Origin: the human T2T-CHM13v2.0 reference genome, Homo sapiens
Reading direction: 5' to 3' (one strand)
Length of the DNA: 64,000 nucleotides
Assembly: GCF_009914755.1 (NCBI RefSeq)
Contig: NC_060931.1
Part shown: positions 32,402 to 45,898 of the stretch, one piece after another
Numbering within the stretch: position 1 is the first letter of the stretch
Layout of the letters: each line of letters begins with the position of its first letter
Position numbers and translations under genes: made by a program
The notes under the pieces: model-generated
Database searches by the model: none
Told to the model about the DNA's origin: nothing
Seen by the model: only the letters and a program-made list of their open reading frames with translations

Positions 32402-32698
32402 TTTCTTTCTTTTTTTTTTTTTTTTTGAGAGTCTTGCTCTGTTGCCCAGGCTAGAGTACAGTGGCACTATCAGGGCTCACTGCAGCCTTGACCTCCCTGG
32501 CTCAAGTAATCTTCCCACCTTAACCTCCTGTGTACTGGGACTATAGGCATACACCACAATGCCAGGCAAATTGAAAAATTTTTTTGTAGAGCTGGGAGTC
32601 TCACTATGTTGCCCAGGCTGCTCTTGAACTCCTGGGCTCAAGGGATTCTCTCTTGGCCTCAAAGGGTGCTAGGATTACAGTGTGAGCCCTACATGCAG
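32402..32698 (-). mobile_element. AluJ
   Basis: Antisense Alu with J diagnostics CACTGCAGCCTTGACCTCC and CACTATGTTGCCCAGGCTG. Confidence 0.92.
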
Positions 32699-34269
32699 GA
32701 CAAAATAAAATCTTAAGCCTGCTGAAATTATCCAACCTCTCCTGTGTCATCAACACTCCTCTGTCAGGATGGCCTCTGAGCTTCCAAAGATGAAACATGG
32801 AAACAGGGAAACAGGGTGGGTGAGCTTCTCCCTGGGTGACGTGCCTCTCCAGCTCTCCTTCCTGGATTAGACAAATGAGGAGAGAAGGAATATGTCACAT
32901 CAAAGACCCATTACTGCTGTTTGCAATATGCTTTCAAAGCATGACATGGAAGTTTGCTGTTTTGTTCATAAGTTTTTATTTAGTTATGATTGTAAAAGGA
33001 CCAAAAGTTATGCCTGTACTGGTGTGTATACTTTTCAATAAACAATTGTGCATTTTTGATAATTTTTCTATACTATGTTCTGATTGTATTTATTGAAACA
33101 TAATTTTGTTTCAACTCTAATAAAAACCTACGCTTGCTTTTGTATATCTCTTACAATTATATTTTTCTAGTAATTTATTTTTGTTGTATTTTATTAGTAT
33201 TAGCCTGTAGTGGCTTGGCAATTAAACACAGTCAAGTCTTCTGCACAGATGGATTAGGAAGCATTCAGGAGGCCCCATCACGGGCATCTCTCTATGCAGT
33301 CAGTTCCCTGTATGGTGAGCACGTGCACAAGGCAGTTTGGAAGCTCTTGAGGCAAGACTTTTGAAAATACCCTTGGGGTATATAAGGAGAGTCAGGCCTA
33401 ATATTTAGTAAATTTAGCTATAAAATAATACAGGGAAGTTCCTGCTTTTATCAGAGTCTAACTGTTCAGCATTTTAAAGAAATGGTGCTTTACTTAATTT
33501 TTAAGAAAGAGACAGAGCACATGAAATAAATTGCTGGCAGAGAATTGCCAGAGACATGGAGAAGAATGGTTTTGAGCTTGGGGATTTCTGGGGTTCAGTG
33601 CAGATTGTACCTAATCTCCCACCCTCTGACGAAACTGGACAGAAAGAGTTGATGTTCGGAACCAGGCTCCCACGACAGTGAGACACACCTGCGTCTTCTG
33701 AGCCATGGGAGGAGTCAAATGTTTTCAGCCAGAAATGTGACCCAATACATCTCAGAAAATGTTCGGCAGTCAGGGGTGGCCCAGGAGGGGCTTCTGTGAT
33801 CACAGTTACCCTGACTCGCCTTGGTAAGTGCTCCCTGAACGCGGTGCCCTGGGTGTGGTTTCCTCAATGTTTTCTCCTTTTCAAACGTGAGCCCCGAGCA
33901 GGAGAGAAGGAGCCCAGTCCCTCCCAAGGCCGGGCCTCTTTGGGTTTACTGGTGCAAGGAGCTTGGTTGTTCTTTGTGCACGTGGTGAATATCATGACCA
34001 TCTTCTGTGAGGTCCTCGGGGGCCGTGAGAACAGATTGGATGTGGGTCGAGCATCTGCAAGTTCTGACGCAGGAGCCCTCGCCCACTCGGTCTGGATCAG
34101 AAAGTCAGGTAGCCTCAAAAACCATACCAATGTGAAAGGTCCACCCTAGGTATTTTATTTTAACTCAAGACACAAAACTACATTCTCTTGCCCATATTTT
34201 AATGTTAAGCCATAACTTTTCCTTAAATATTTTTTTGACTGAAATTCTACACCACATTTTCTGGAATAA

Positions 34270-34655
<386 letters not shown>

Positions 34656-35914
34656 TACAAACATTTTTTGTTAGCTTTATAATATTTTAAAATCTCAGAA
34701 GTTTTCCCATATCTATTCAATAAGCATTTTTTAGCAGTTTTCTTTTATTCTTTCCAAAGCATTCAGTTTTGTTTAATAAATAAATTAGTTATTAAACAAA
34801 AATTGTTTTATTTTTCCATTTATATTTCTCCAGTGTTTGTGCTGTCAATACTGTAATTGTTTAGTAAACTTGGGCACACACACATTTAGGAACTAGCGTG
34901 AGACTTTTGAGAGATGGCAACCCCACAGGTGGGGGGTCATAGCTGCCACTGAGGCTGCTGGCCCTGGCATTCTGTTTGCCTCAGACCAAGGTCCTATGAA
35001 TTGGGCTTTAAAAGCTTCTATTGTAAGGAAATGTATCATAATGGTGCTTCTAGTGGGGGCAGAAATGAGGAGATGGACTTAGCAAAGTGGACGTCCCTGG
35101 CCAAGTCCAGTCTGAGTCAATAGCCAGTGTGCGCTGTGTTCCCTGCAAGGACTTCCCGGTGATCCCGGCCACATGTGCAGGGCCCTGGAAGCAGAGCACG
35201 GAGCGTGGGTCTGACCCACAGGGCCAGGGGCCCCAAAGGGTGTGGAGTCAAGGAGGGCCCTGATCCAATCCCTTTTATTTTGAAAAACCCAGCAGTGGGG
35301 TGCAGGTGGAGAAGGAGGGACAGAGACCAGTCAGAAGGCCCAGACCCCTACCAAGGGAGGGAAGGTTCTGCATCCAAACCACAGCCGCAGTGCCAGAGAT
35401 GGAGGGATGACTCACGGCCACGGGGGGGTAAACCCTCCAAACCTGGGCCCCGCTGGGCGTGAGAAGTGAGGGGGAGGGGAGATCTCTGGTAGCTACCAGG
35501 TATTGGATCCAGCCAACGACTCAGAGCTCATTCTGTCCACCAAGAGAGAAACGAGGGGCCTCGTACTGAGGATGTGAGTGAATGGCTGACTCTCCTGAGG
35601 GGCAGACGGCGAGGGCACTCCATTCAGGCACTTACTTACGTTATCACCATCAAGCTGCAAAAAGCCCCTAAAAATATTTGTATGAGCAAAGAAACTAAGG
35701 CTGGAGGCGAGGTAACCCAAAGACTGCACCTCCAGGTAGGACCAAAGCCAGGACTGAGGCTCAGCTTGTCAGACCCCGAAGTCCACAATTTCCAGTTTAT
35801 GATCGTCCCATGAGTGACCACAGGACACAGGCACAGCCAGTGGAACAAGGGGCCCTAAGAGGCAGTGCTCACGGAAGACACAAGGGACCCTACAGTCACT
35901 GTGCTCCTGGGGGG

Positions 35915-38098
35915 ATGGCCTGGAGCCCAGGACACCCCACGCCTGAGGAGACAGCCTGGGACCAGGATGTCCTATCCATGAGGAGACGGCCTGGGACCAG
36001 GATGCCCTGTCCATGAGGAGACGGCCTGGGACCAGGGTGCCCTTTCCATGAGGAGACGGCCTGGGACCAGGGTGCCCTTCCCATGAGGAGACGGCCTGGG
36101 ACCAGGATGCCCTATCCATGAGGAGACGGCCTGGGACCAGGATGCCCTATCCATGAGGAGACGGCCTGGGACCAGGATGCCCTATCCATGAGGAGACGGC
36201 CTGGAGCCCAGGACACCCCACGCCTGAGGAGACGGCCTGGGACCAGGATGCCCTATCCATGAGGAGACGGCCTGGGACCAGGATGCCCTATCCATGAGGA
36301 GACGGCCTGGGACCAGGATGTCCTATCCATGAGGAGACGGCCTGGGACCAGGATGCCCTGTCCATGAGGAGACGGCCTGGGACCAGGATGTCCTATCCAT
36401 GAGGAGACAGCCTGGGACCAGGATGCCCTGTCCATGAGGAGACGGCCTGGGACCAGGATGCCCTATCCATGAGGAGACGGCCTGGAGCCCAGGACACCCC
36501 ACGCCTGAGGAGACAGCCTGGGACCAGGATGTCCTATCCATGAGGAGACGGCCTGGGACCAGGATGCCCTGTCCATGAGGAGACGGCCTGGGACCAGGGT
36601 GCCCTTTCCATGAGGAGACGGCCTGGGACCAGGGTGCCCTTCCCATGAGGAGACGGCCTGGGACCAGGATGCCCTATCCATGAGGAGACGGCCTGGGACC
36701 AGGATGCCCTATCCATGAGGAGACGGCCTGGGACCAGGATGCCCTATCCATGAGGAGACGGCCTGGAGCCCAGGACACCCCACGCCTGAGGAGACGGCCT
36801 GGGACCAGGATGCCCTATCCATGAGGAGACGGCCTGGGACCAGGATGCCCTATCCATGAGGAGACGGCCTGGGACCAGGATGCCCTATCCATGAGGAGAC
36901 GGCCTGGGACCAGGATGCCCTATCCATGAGGAGACGGCCTGGGACCAGGGTGCCCTTTCCATGAGGAGACGGCCTGGGACCAGGATGCCCTATCCATGAG
37001 GAGACGGCCTGGGACCAGGATGCCCTGTCCATGAGGAGACGGCCTGGGACCAGGGTGCCCTTTCCATGAGGAGACGGCCTGGGACCAGGGTGCCCTTTCC
37101 ATGAGGAGACGGCCTGGGACCAGGATGCCCTATCCATGAGGAGACGGCCTGGGACCAGGATGCCCTGTCCATGAGGAGACGGCCTGGGACCAGGGTGCCC
37201 TTTCCATGAGGAGACGGCCTGGGACCAGGATGCCCTATCCATGAGGAGACAGCCTGGGACCAGGATGCCCTATCCATGAGGAGACAGCCTGGGACCAGGA
37301 TGCCCTATCCATGAGGAGACGGCCTGGGACCAGGATGCCCTATCCATGAGGAGACGGCCTGGGACCAGGATGCCCTATCCATGAGGAGACGGCCTGGGAC
37401 CAGGATGCCCTATCCATGAGGAGACGGCCTGGGACCAGGATGCCCTTTCCATGAGGAGACGGCCTGGGACCAGGATGCCCTATCCATGAGGAGACGGCCT
37501 GGGACCAGGATGCCCTATCCATGAGGAGACGGCCTGAGACCAGGATGCCCTTTCCATGAGGAGACGGCCTGGGACCAGGATGCCCTATCCATGAGGAGAC
37601 GGCCTGGGACCAGGATGCCCTATCCATGAGGAGACGGCCTGGGACCAGGATGCCCTTTCCATGAGGAGACGGCCTGGGACCAGGATGCCCTATCCATGAG
37701 GAGACGGCCTGGGACCAGGATGCCCTATCCATGAGGAGACGGCCTGGGACCAGGATGCCCTTTCCATGAGGAGACGGCCTGGGACCAGGATGCCCTATCC
37801 ATGAGGAGACGGCCTGGGACCAGGATGCCCTATCCATGAGGAGACGGCCTGGGACCAGGATGCCCTTTCCATGAGGAGACGGCCTGGGACCAGGATGCCC
37901 TATCCATGAGGAGACGGCCTGGGACCAGGATGCCCTATCCATGAGGAGACGGCCTGGGACCAGGGTGCCCTATCCATGAGGAGACGGCCTGGGACCAGGA
38001 TGCCCTATCCATGAGGAGACGGCCTGGGACCAGGATGCCCTATCCATGAGGAGACGGCCTGGGACCAGGATGTCCTATCCATGAGGAGAGGGTCTGGG
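35915..38098. repeat. Minisatellite, 35-bp unit, ~62 copies
   Basis: CCATGAGGAGACGGCCTGGGACCAGGATGCCCTAT with variant units. Confidence 0.99.
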
Positions 38099-40448
38099 CC
38101 CACGCCTGCTGAGTTTGTGGAGGTGGGGGGAAATGGACAGGGAGGTGGAGTCTAAGGAGGCACGTAAGGAACATGATATCCCCCCGGGGCCTGATTACAT
38201 CCTACAACATTTTCATACTCAAATCAGTGTCCATTTTACTAGCGTTAACTACTTTTATTTAGAGATTTGACCTCTGAGATGAATGATGATCATTTAGTCC
38301 TGCAAAGAAACACGTGGAGATATGTCAGAAGAAGAAGCAACACATAGGCTGAAAATGGCGGCAGCCGCATAGAGAAAAGAATCCCAGTCACTCCTCACTT
38401 TGGCCGGAGGCTCCCAGCTCCTCTCCCTCCATCGTTTCTCCTGCTAACACATCCCCAGGAGCAATTCTGGGGAGACTGCATGGAGCTGTGATTATTCGAG
38501 GGTTTATTTCATGGCCGTAAATGCTTGTTTTGCAGTGACAGCAAAACTGAAAAAAGTAATCTGTAATCAGAACTTCCATGAGGTCAGGGTTTGGATTCAG
38601 CTTTTAATGAGTGCTTAGAGGTAACAAATCAGAGTAGATATTAAGAAGCACGTTTGACAAGATTTTAGAAAGAATAGTCATAGAATTCCAGCATCGTGAG
38701 CTGGGAAAGACTGTCAAGTGTTTAGAGCTGGAAGATACTCTGTGTGACATAGTAAGCCCGGCATCTCACAGGTCAAGAGACTTTTTCAAGTTACACAGGT
38801 AGAATCAGAGCCGAAACTCCATCCAGGTCTCCAGCACCCAGGCCTGTGTTTTCTCCATTGAACTGAATTAGTTCTAACAAATCTAACTTTTAAAGTTGAT
38901 CATTAAAAAACATTTCTCCACGTCCATTTCAGTGAGATTATCAATGGCCTTTCTCTGAGCAGCCATCCTTACAGCAACAAATTGTGCTCATATAGCAACA
39001 AATTTCTCCCTTGGAAGCCCCTAGACACTGAGGCCTGGGGGCAACCCTCCACCGTCCATGAGAGAAACACCAGCCTTAATGTGGGCCCTGGGTTCACACT
39101 CACTGGTGGAGCAGCTGCGGCCCCGCTTCGGGGGCAGGAAGCACAAGAGAGTGCGCCGAGCAGAAGCCAGGCCAGATGGGCCACATGCGGGCCACGAAGG
39201 CCAGGAGCTGTTGCTCAGCATGGCCTTACGGGCCAGTCCTTCTGAGGCCTCTGCCATGGCCAGAGGGCAGCATTCACATTCAGCTCTACACAAACATGAT
39301 ATAAGGTCAAGTGTCCCTGTGGAGCCTGGCACTGGCTGGCCCTTCCTGTTCGTTTAGGATCAGATTTTCTCACTTTAATGCCTCCTGGCAGAGGACCTCA
39401 AGTTACCCACACTTTGAGTGCATTTCCAAGGCTTTTTTCATTATTAGTGTTTTTCTTTGAGGTTTACAGAGATCCTGATATGGAGTGAATTGACAGAGAA
39501 ACCTAGAATAATTGAGTCATAAAAGTTGTATATTCTCGAGTCTTTCGATGTCCCCTTGAGTCTTGGGTCTAAAGGGTCTCAAGCCTGGCTGCTTAGATGT
39601 AGCTGTAATTGTCTGTTTGTCTGGAAGATGATTACACAGGGAGCAATGGAAACACGTTCAACTCTGGGGCTTCAGAGACAATGCGTAGGCCATGCATATC
39701 CTGGATTTCCAAACTCCTATGACCATTTCACAAAACTCTGTCAAATGTAGACTTTATTAGGGAAGATGCAGGTTCCAGGGAAAGCAAAGGAGGAAGGATC
39801 ACAGGATCTGGTACAAGGCACCAAAGACCTCCATCCCATCACCCAGATTGTCCAGGCCCAGATTCGAGATTGACCATGGCAGAGAAGGGGGCTGCTGTGC
39901 ATGGAGCCAGGACAAAGGTGATGGTAGAAATATCCCCAACAGAAGGAAAGGAGCCCAGCGGGAAGGAGGCAGCCCACACAGCAGGTGATGCACACGGCAT
40001 GCAGGGCGTCCCTCGGACTCTGCTGGGGCCCGACTCAGAGAGACAATGGGAACACAAGGCAGACGCGCACCTGCCCAAGGCCAGATGAGACAATGGCAAA
40101 CACGTACATTTTTCTCTCTCTGGGTCCTGAAGAGCCTCTGAAGCTTGCTCCAAACTACAACTTTCTGTGGTGGGAACACACACATAGCTATGCCCTCAGA
40201 CAGCTTATGGTTTACCAGTGAAGGTAAATAGGAAATCATGTGGTCGGGCCACCACAGAGGCCGCTGCGTTTTTCAGGAGTTTGGGAAAGGCTTTCTAGAG
40301 GAATCAACCTTCAAGCTGAGACCCAAGTAATGATAGGGACTTAGACAAAGATTGTTTGAGAAAGAAAAATTATACGACATGTGCTGAAGCCTGTAGGAGA
40401 AGAAGAATGTGTGCACTGATGCCCAAAACGTGGCCCTGGTGGCTGGAA

Positions 40449-41643
40449 CATGGTGCAAAGGAGAGAGAGAGGGGGGACAGCATGGTGCAAAGGAGAGGGG
40501 AGGACAGCATGCTGCAAAGGAGAGAGAGAGAGGGGACAGCACGGTGTAAAGGAGAGAGAGAAGGGACAGCATGGTGCAAAGGAGAGGGGGGACAGCATGG
40601 TGTAAAGGAGAGAGAGAGAGTGGACAGCATGGTGCAAAGGAGAGAGAGAGAGGGGATAGCATGATGCAAAGGAGAGAGAGAGGGGGGACAGCATGGTGCA
40701 AAGGAGAGAGAGAAGACAGCATGGTGTAAAGGAGAGAGAGAGAGAGAATGGACAGCATGGTGTAAAGGAGAGAGAGATGGGGGACAGCATGGTGCAAAGG
40801 AGAGAGAGAGGGAGAGCATGGTGTAAAGGAGAGAGAGAGAGGGGACAGCATGTTGTAAAGGAGAGAGAGGGGACAGCATGGTGCAAAGGAGAGAGAGAGG
40901 GGGGACAGCATGGTGCAAAGGAGAGAGAGATGGGGGATAGCATGGTGCAAAGGAGAGAGAGGGGACAGCATGGTGCAAAGGAGAGAGAGAGGGGGGACAG
41001 CATGGTGCAAAGGAGAGAAGAGAGAGGGGACAGCATGGTGCAAAGGAGAGAGAGAGGGAGAGCATGGTGTAAAGGAGAGAGAGAGAGGGGACAGCATGTT
41101 GTAAAGGAGAGAGAGGGGACAGCATGGTGCAAAGGAGAGAGGTGGGGGACAGCATGGTGCAAAGGAGAGAGAGAGGGGGGACAGCATGGTGCAAAGGAGA
41201 GAGAGAGGGAGAGCATGGTGTAAAGGAGAGAGAGAGAGGGGACAGCATGTTGTAAAGGAGAGAGAGGGGACAGCATGGTGCAAAGGAGAGAGAGAGGGAG
41301 AGCATGGTGTAAAGGAGAGAGAGAGAGGGGACAGCATGTTGTAAAGGAGAGAGAGGGGACAGCATGGTGCAAAGGAGAGAGGTGGGGGACAGCATGGTGC
41401 AAAGGAGAGAGAGAGGGGGGACAGCATGGTGCAAAGGAGAGAGAGAGGGGGGACAGCATGGTGCAAAGGAGAGAAGAGAGAGGGGACAGCATGATGCAAA
41501 GGAGAGAGAGAGGGGACAGCATGGTGCAAAGGAGAGAGGTGGGGGACAGCATGGTGCAAAGGAGAGAGAGAGGGGACAGCATGATGCAAAGGAGAGAAGA
41601 GAGGGGACAGCATGGTGCAAAAGAGAGAGAGAGAGGGGACAGC
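40449..41643. repeat. Purine-rich minisatellite, ~27-37-bp units, ~38 copies
   Basis: GGACAGCATGGTGCAAAG(GA)nGG with a variable GA tract. Confidence 0.97.
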
Positions 41644-41732
41644 CTTGGAGAACAAGATGCAGAATGTGGATTCCCTTCAGAGGGCGACCAGGGCCCCTAA
41701 AGAAGGGGTACCAGGCAGGAGGAGGTAGTAGT

Positions 41733-42443
41733 TGTTAACCAAAATGAGTGGCTGAGGCAGGTGTCTCAGTGAAGATTTGTTGCGCCAGCTTGAGAGCATG
41801 CCCAGGAAAAAACGTGAGTCACAGATGCATCTATGGCTATTTTTTCAGATGTTTTCAGGATGTTTAATATTTGTACATTTCCCTTAAAAAATCGGGGAGA
41901 AGGCAGTGAGGCAAATGGTTCTTGTGAAACTTTACTCAGTGCCCAGTAAATCTGCATTTTACATACGCTGAACGTTTGAAGAAAACAGAGTAAAGGAAGA
42001 ATCAATTGTGCAGATGCACCTGTGTGGGTGGAGGAAGTACTGATCTCCTCGTGCCTTTGTTCTGCCTGTGTGGAGGTAAACTAGCAATCCACATTACCAC
42101 TGCAGAGGTGAACAGGCTTTAGCTGTATGAGCTACATTTAGATGGCAGACGTAGAGCTACAGTTGACAGGTTCATGTTTTATGGGAGGATAGACAGTTTT
42201 AAAGTTTACAGGCTGGCAAAGAATTTACTTAAAGGGATTTTGTGGGGGCAGTCATCCCAAGACGCCTGAGGCCTTTTGCCTTTCTGTGGAGGTCTGGCTA
42301 ATGCATAATGTTTTGACACAGGTTTTGAAGTAACAGCTATTCATCTGGGGAGAGGACGGCTGTGTGGCCGACTCAGTTTCCAGGCTTAACTTTCCCTTTG
42401 GCATAAGGAGTTTGAGGGTCCTGAGATTTTATTTTCCTTTACG
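41733..42443 (-). mobile_element. MER4-family solo LTR
   Basis: Same terminal motifs as 26722-27318; TSD TAGT/TAGA. Confidence 0.85.
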
Positions 42444-42921
42444 TAGACCAGGAGGGAAATGAGGATGGTTTGAATGAGGGTGCTGGCAATGAGGATGGCA
42501 GGAAGTGGGTAGATAAGTGTAGCATTTAGGAGACAGAGCCAAAAGAATCTGGTGAGTCGCTGCCTGTTGGATGGTAGGGAGAGAATCTGTGAAAGCTGTT
42601 TTCCAGGTTTCTGGCATGAGCAACTAGATGAATGGTAGGTAGATTTTGCCAGTTATTTTCTGTTCCACTCCAGGATCCATTTCACTTGATATGTGCCCAG
42701 GAGGTGGCCCTAAGACAGAGAATCTGGAAGAAGAGAAGGCTGGGAGATGAAGATGAGAAGTTTGGATGTGTCTACTCAAGTCCAAGTGAAGATGTTGAGA
42801 AAGCAGTTCTATTTACAGCTCAGGGGCCAAGGGAGAGTCCTTTGGAAATCCTTACCTTATATTTCTTTGAAACCAGGGGAATGTGTGGTAGAAGGTTAGG
42901 GTCAGGAAGGAGCCCTGGGGA

Positions 42922-43680
42922 GCAGCGTCCTCCACGTGTGGCCCATGAACACAAACATGTACGAGAGCATCCTCCAGTGTGGCCCTGAACACCACCATGT
43001 ATGACAGCATCCTCCAGTGTAGACCTGACCACCACCATGTACGACATCATCCTCCAGTGTGGCCCTGAACACCACCATGTGCAGCAGCATCCTCCAGTGT
43101 AGACCCGAACACCATCATGTACGACATCATCCTCCAGTGTGGCCCCGAACACCATCATGTACGACATCATCCTCCAGTGTGGCCCCGAACACCATCATGT
43201 ACAGCAGCAACCTCCAGTGTGGCCCATGAACACCACCATGTACGACAGCATCCTCCAGTGTAGACCTGAACACCATCATGTATGACATCATCCTCCAGTG
43301 TGGCCCCGAACACCATCATGTACGACATCATCCTCCAGTGTGGCCCCGAACACCATCATGTACGACATCATCCTCCAGTGTGGCCCCGAACACCATCATG
43401 TACAACATCATCCTCCAGTGTAGACCTGAACACCATCATGTATGACATCATCCTCCAGTGTGGCCCCAAACACCACCATGTACAGCCACGTTCTCCACAT
43501 TTGGCCCCTGAACACCACCATGTACAGCTGCATTCTCCACGTTGGCCCCTGAATATTTCCATGTACGGCCGTGTCCTCCAGTGTGGCCCCTGAACACCAC
43601 CGTGTACAGCTGCGTTCTCCACGTTGGCCCCTGAACAGTTCCATGTATGGCAGTGTTCTTTCCTGTGTGGCCCCTGAATC
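42922..43680. repeat. Minisatellite, 40-bp unit, ~19 copies, degenerate edges
   Basis: TCCTCCAGTGTGGCCCCGAACACCATCATGTACGACATCA; period 43131->43171. Confidence 0.96.
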
Positions 43681-44178
43681 ATGGCATCAGATCACTTGGA
43701 ATCCTTCTTCAAATTCACATTCTTGGGCTTCTGCATTAAGGATAGAAGAGGAAGAGATAACAAATGAGACTGAGCAGTGGTGGTTGGGGAGTTGGTAAGA
43801 ACACCAGGAAAATGTAGTCATGGGAGCATCAGGGATATGAATGTTTCAAGAGTCACCGTGAGAGATCATTCAACTTGAGGACTGACACATGTCCACTGGA
43901 TTCATTGACATGAAAATCATGAATGACCTTGGCAAGGTCACACTCAGAGGAGTGGTCCACAGGCTGAGTGGTTTGTGATGTGTGTTCAGGGTGAAATGAT
44001 GCAGACTGCATCTAGACAGTGCATACAGGAAGTGTGGCTGTAAGTGACAAGAGAAAGGTTGGCAGCTGAAGGAGATATGGGAAGTGCCAGATTTTGGTTT
44101 ATGCTTGTTTTTAAGAATGAGAAACCTACATCATAATGGGAGGAGCTGATGGAGAAATAGACGTTGAAGCTGATTAGC

Positions 44179-44260
44179 TTATTTTCCTTTACATAGTCCA
44201 GGAGGGAAATGAGGGTGGTTTGAATGAGGGTGGTGGCAACGAGGATGGCAGGAAGTGGGT
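44179..44260 (+). repeat. 82-bp dispersed copy of 42429-42510
   Basis: 77/82 identical, offset 1750 bp. Confidence 0.95.
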
Positions 44261-44277
44261 TGAAACTGATTGGCTGA

Positions 44278-44653
<376 letters not shown>

Positions 44654-45857
44654 AGTAGGATTCTTTTTAATAACAAGATTATTTTGTGATCATCCACATT
44701 CCTCTTGAGCACATTCAGGGCTAAGAAATCCCTCATGCTTTCAACCAAAGGCCAGCAAGAGCAGCTTTGAACAGTTCTGAATGAGCCAAAATCTCCTCCT
44801 GAGTTTTCTTTTCCTTGGTTGTCACTCTTCCTTGGGGGTCTTCTAGAACAGATATAATTCCTCCTCCCCACCATGGAATTTCAAGTGTCATTTTTCCTTT
44901 GTGTTCACAAGTTCCCTTGCGTGTTTCGTGAGCTATATCCCTTTCCCATTGGCCATTCTAGACATCTCAGTGGGCATCTTAATTTATGGTGCCCAGAACC
45001 CAATGTCACACTATATTTCACAGTCCTGAAGGAGACCAGATGCCTCCACTCATGACAGCAATAGTCTGAGTCCACTGATTTGAGAGGTGTGTTGTTTTTG
45101 CTTCTGCATATGTTCTTAGTTTAATATTTGGCTACTATAAAATAACAAAGAAAATGAAGGAAAAATATGGCCTCTGCTCCAAGAGTTGAATAGTATCATG
45201 GGAACTCAGTGACTCTGGATTCACTAAGAATAAATCTTTCCAGGCTAGTTTCCTTATTTTTTTCAGATTTATGAAAATATAGCCATCACTGATATCTCTT
45301 ATACAAACAAAACTTTAACAAATTCAACTACTGTATAAACTAGTATTAAAAATCACTAGAAGGTCATTGAGTAGTGGATTTGCATATAATCCTGAGTGTA
45401 AATGATGTCGACACACATTCCCATACAATGGCATGTATATGATACGTTATGATTTGCTAGCAAAGCATTGCTGATGGTAAAAGCTAAATCCTGGCTGTGT
45501 GTTTTCATCCAGAGAAACTTTAACAGTCCATTTCTTCTATGGCATATTTCCAGAGGTTAATCCCAGAAGAAATGATAAATTAATTTGGCCCAGAGTAAGT
45601 ATAATCAGCTTGGTTTAAATCTGACTAGAAAACCAGGGGGTTGGAGGGAGGTGTAAGCATTGTGGAGGGCAGTCTTTCATTTATTCCTCTACTTCCAAGT
45701 CTGCAGGGAAACATTTAAGAAAAACTACTATCTTCCTTTTCTTTGAACTCCCCAGAGTCCTTTACAAACTTTGAATGGGGAGCCCCAGCCTGGGTCATGA
45801 ACCAGCACCCAGTGGGACCTGTATTCACTGCAAGGCCCATTTCTCCTGCAGTGAGCA

Positions 45858-45898
45858 TCTCTCTCTCTCTCTCTCTTTTTTTTTTTTTGTGTGTGTGT
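45858..45898. repeat. Compound microsatellite (CT)n-(T)n-(GT)n
   Basis: Direct reading. Confidence 0.9.

Larger units (their letters stand above)
40270..44160 (-). mobile_element. Fragmented L2 hosting two minisatellites and an LTR
   Basis: GGGAAAGGCTTTCTAGAGGA...AAGCTGAGACC; CCAGGTTTCTGGCATGAGCAACTAGATGAATGGT; GAGGACTGACACATGTCCACTGGATT...TGACCTTGGCAAG. Confidence 0.72.

Noticed and set aside
33815-33830. Strong splice donor-like G|GTAAGT (also ~60585)
   Set aside because: No supported acceptor or exon chain; lncRNA exons cannot be called or excluded without transcript data.
38352-38362. YY1-like motif AAAATGGCGGC
   Set aside because: Single short motif with no promoter or CpG-island context.
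40273-41655. 413-460 aa ORFs in all three minus frames
   Set aside because: The C/T-rich repeat strand simply lacks stop codons; the translation is low-complexity.
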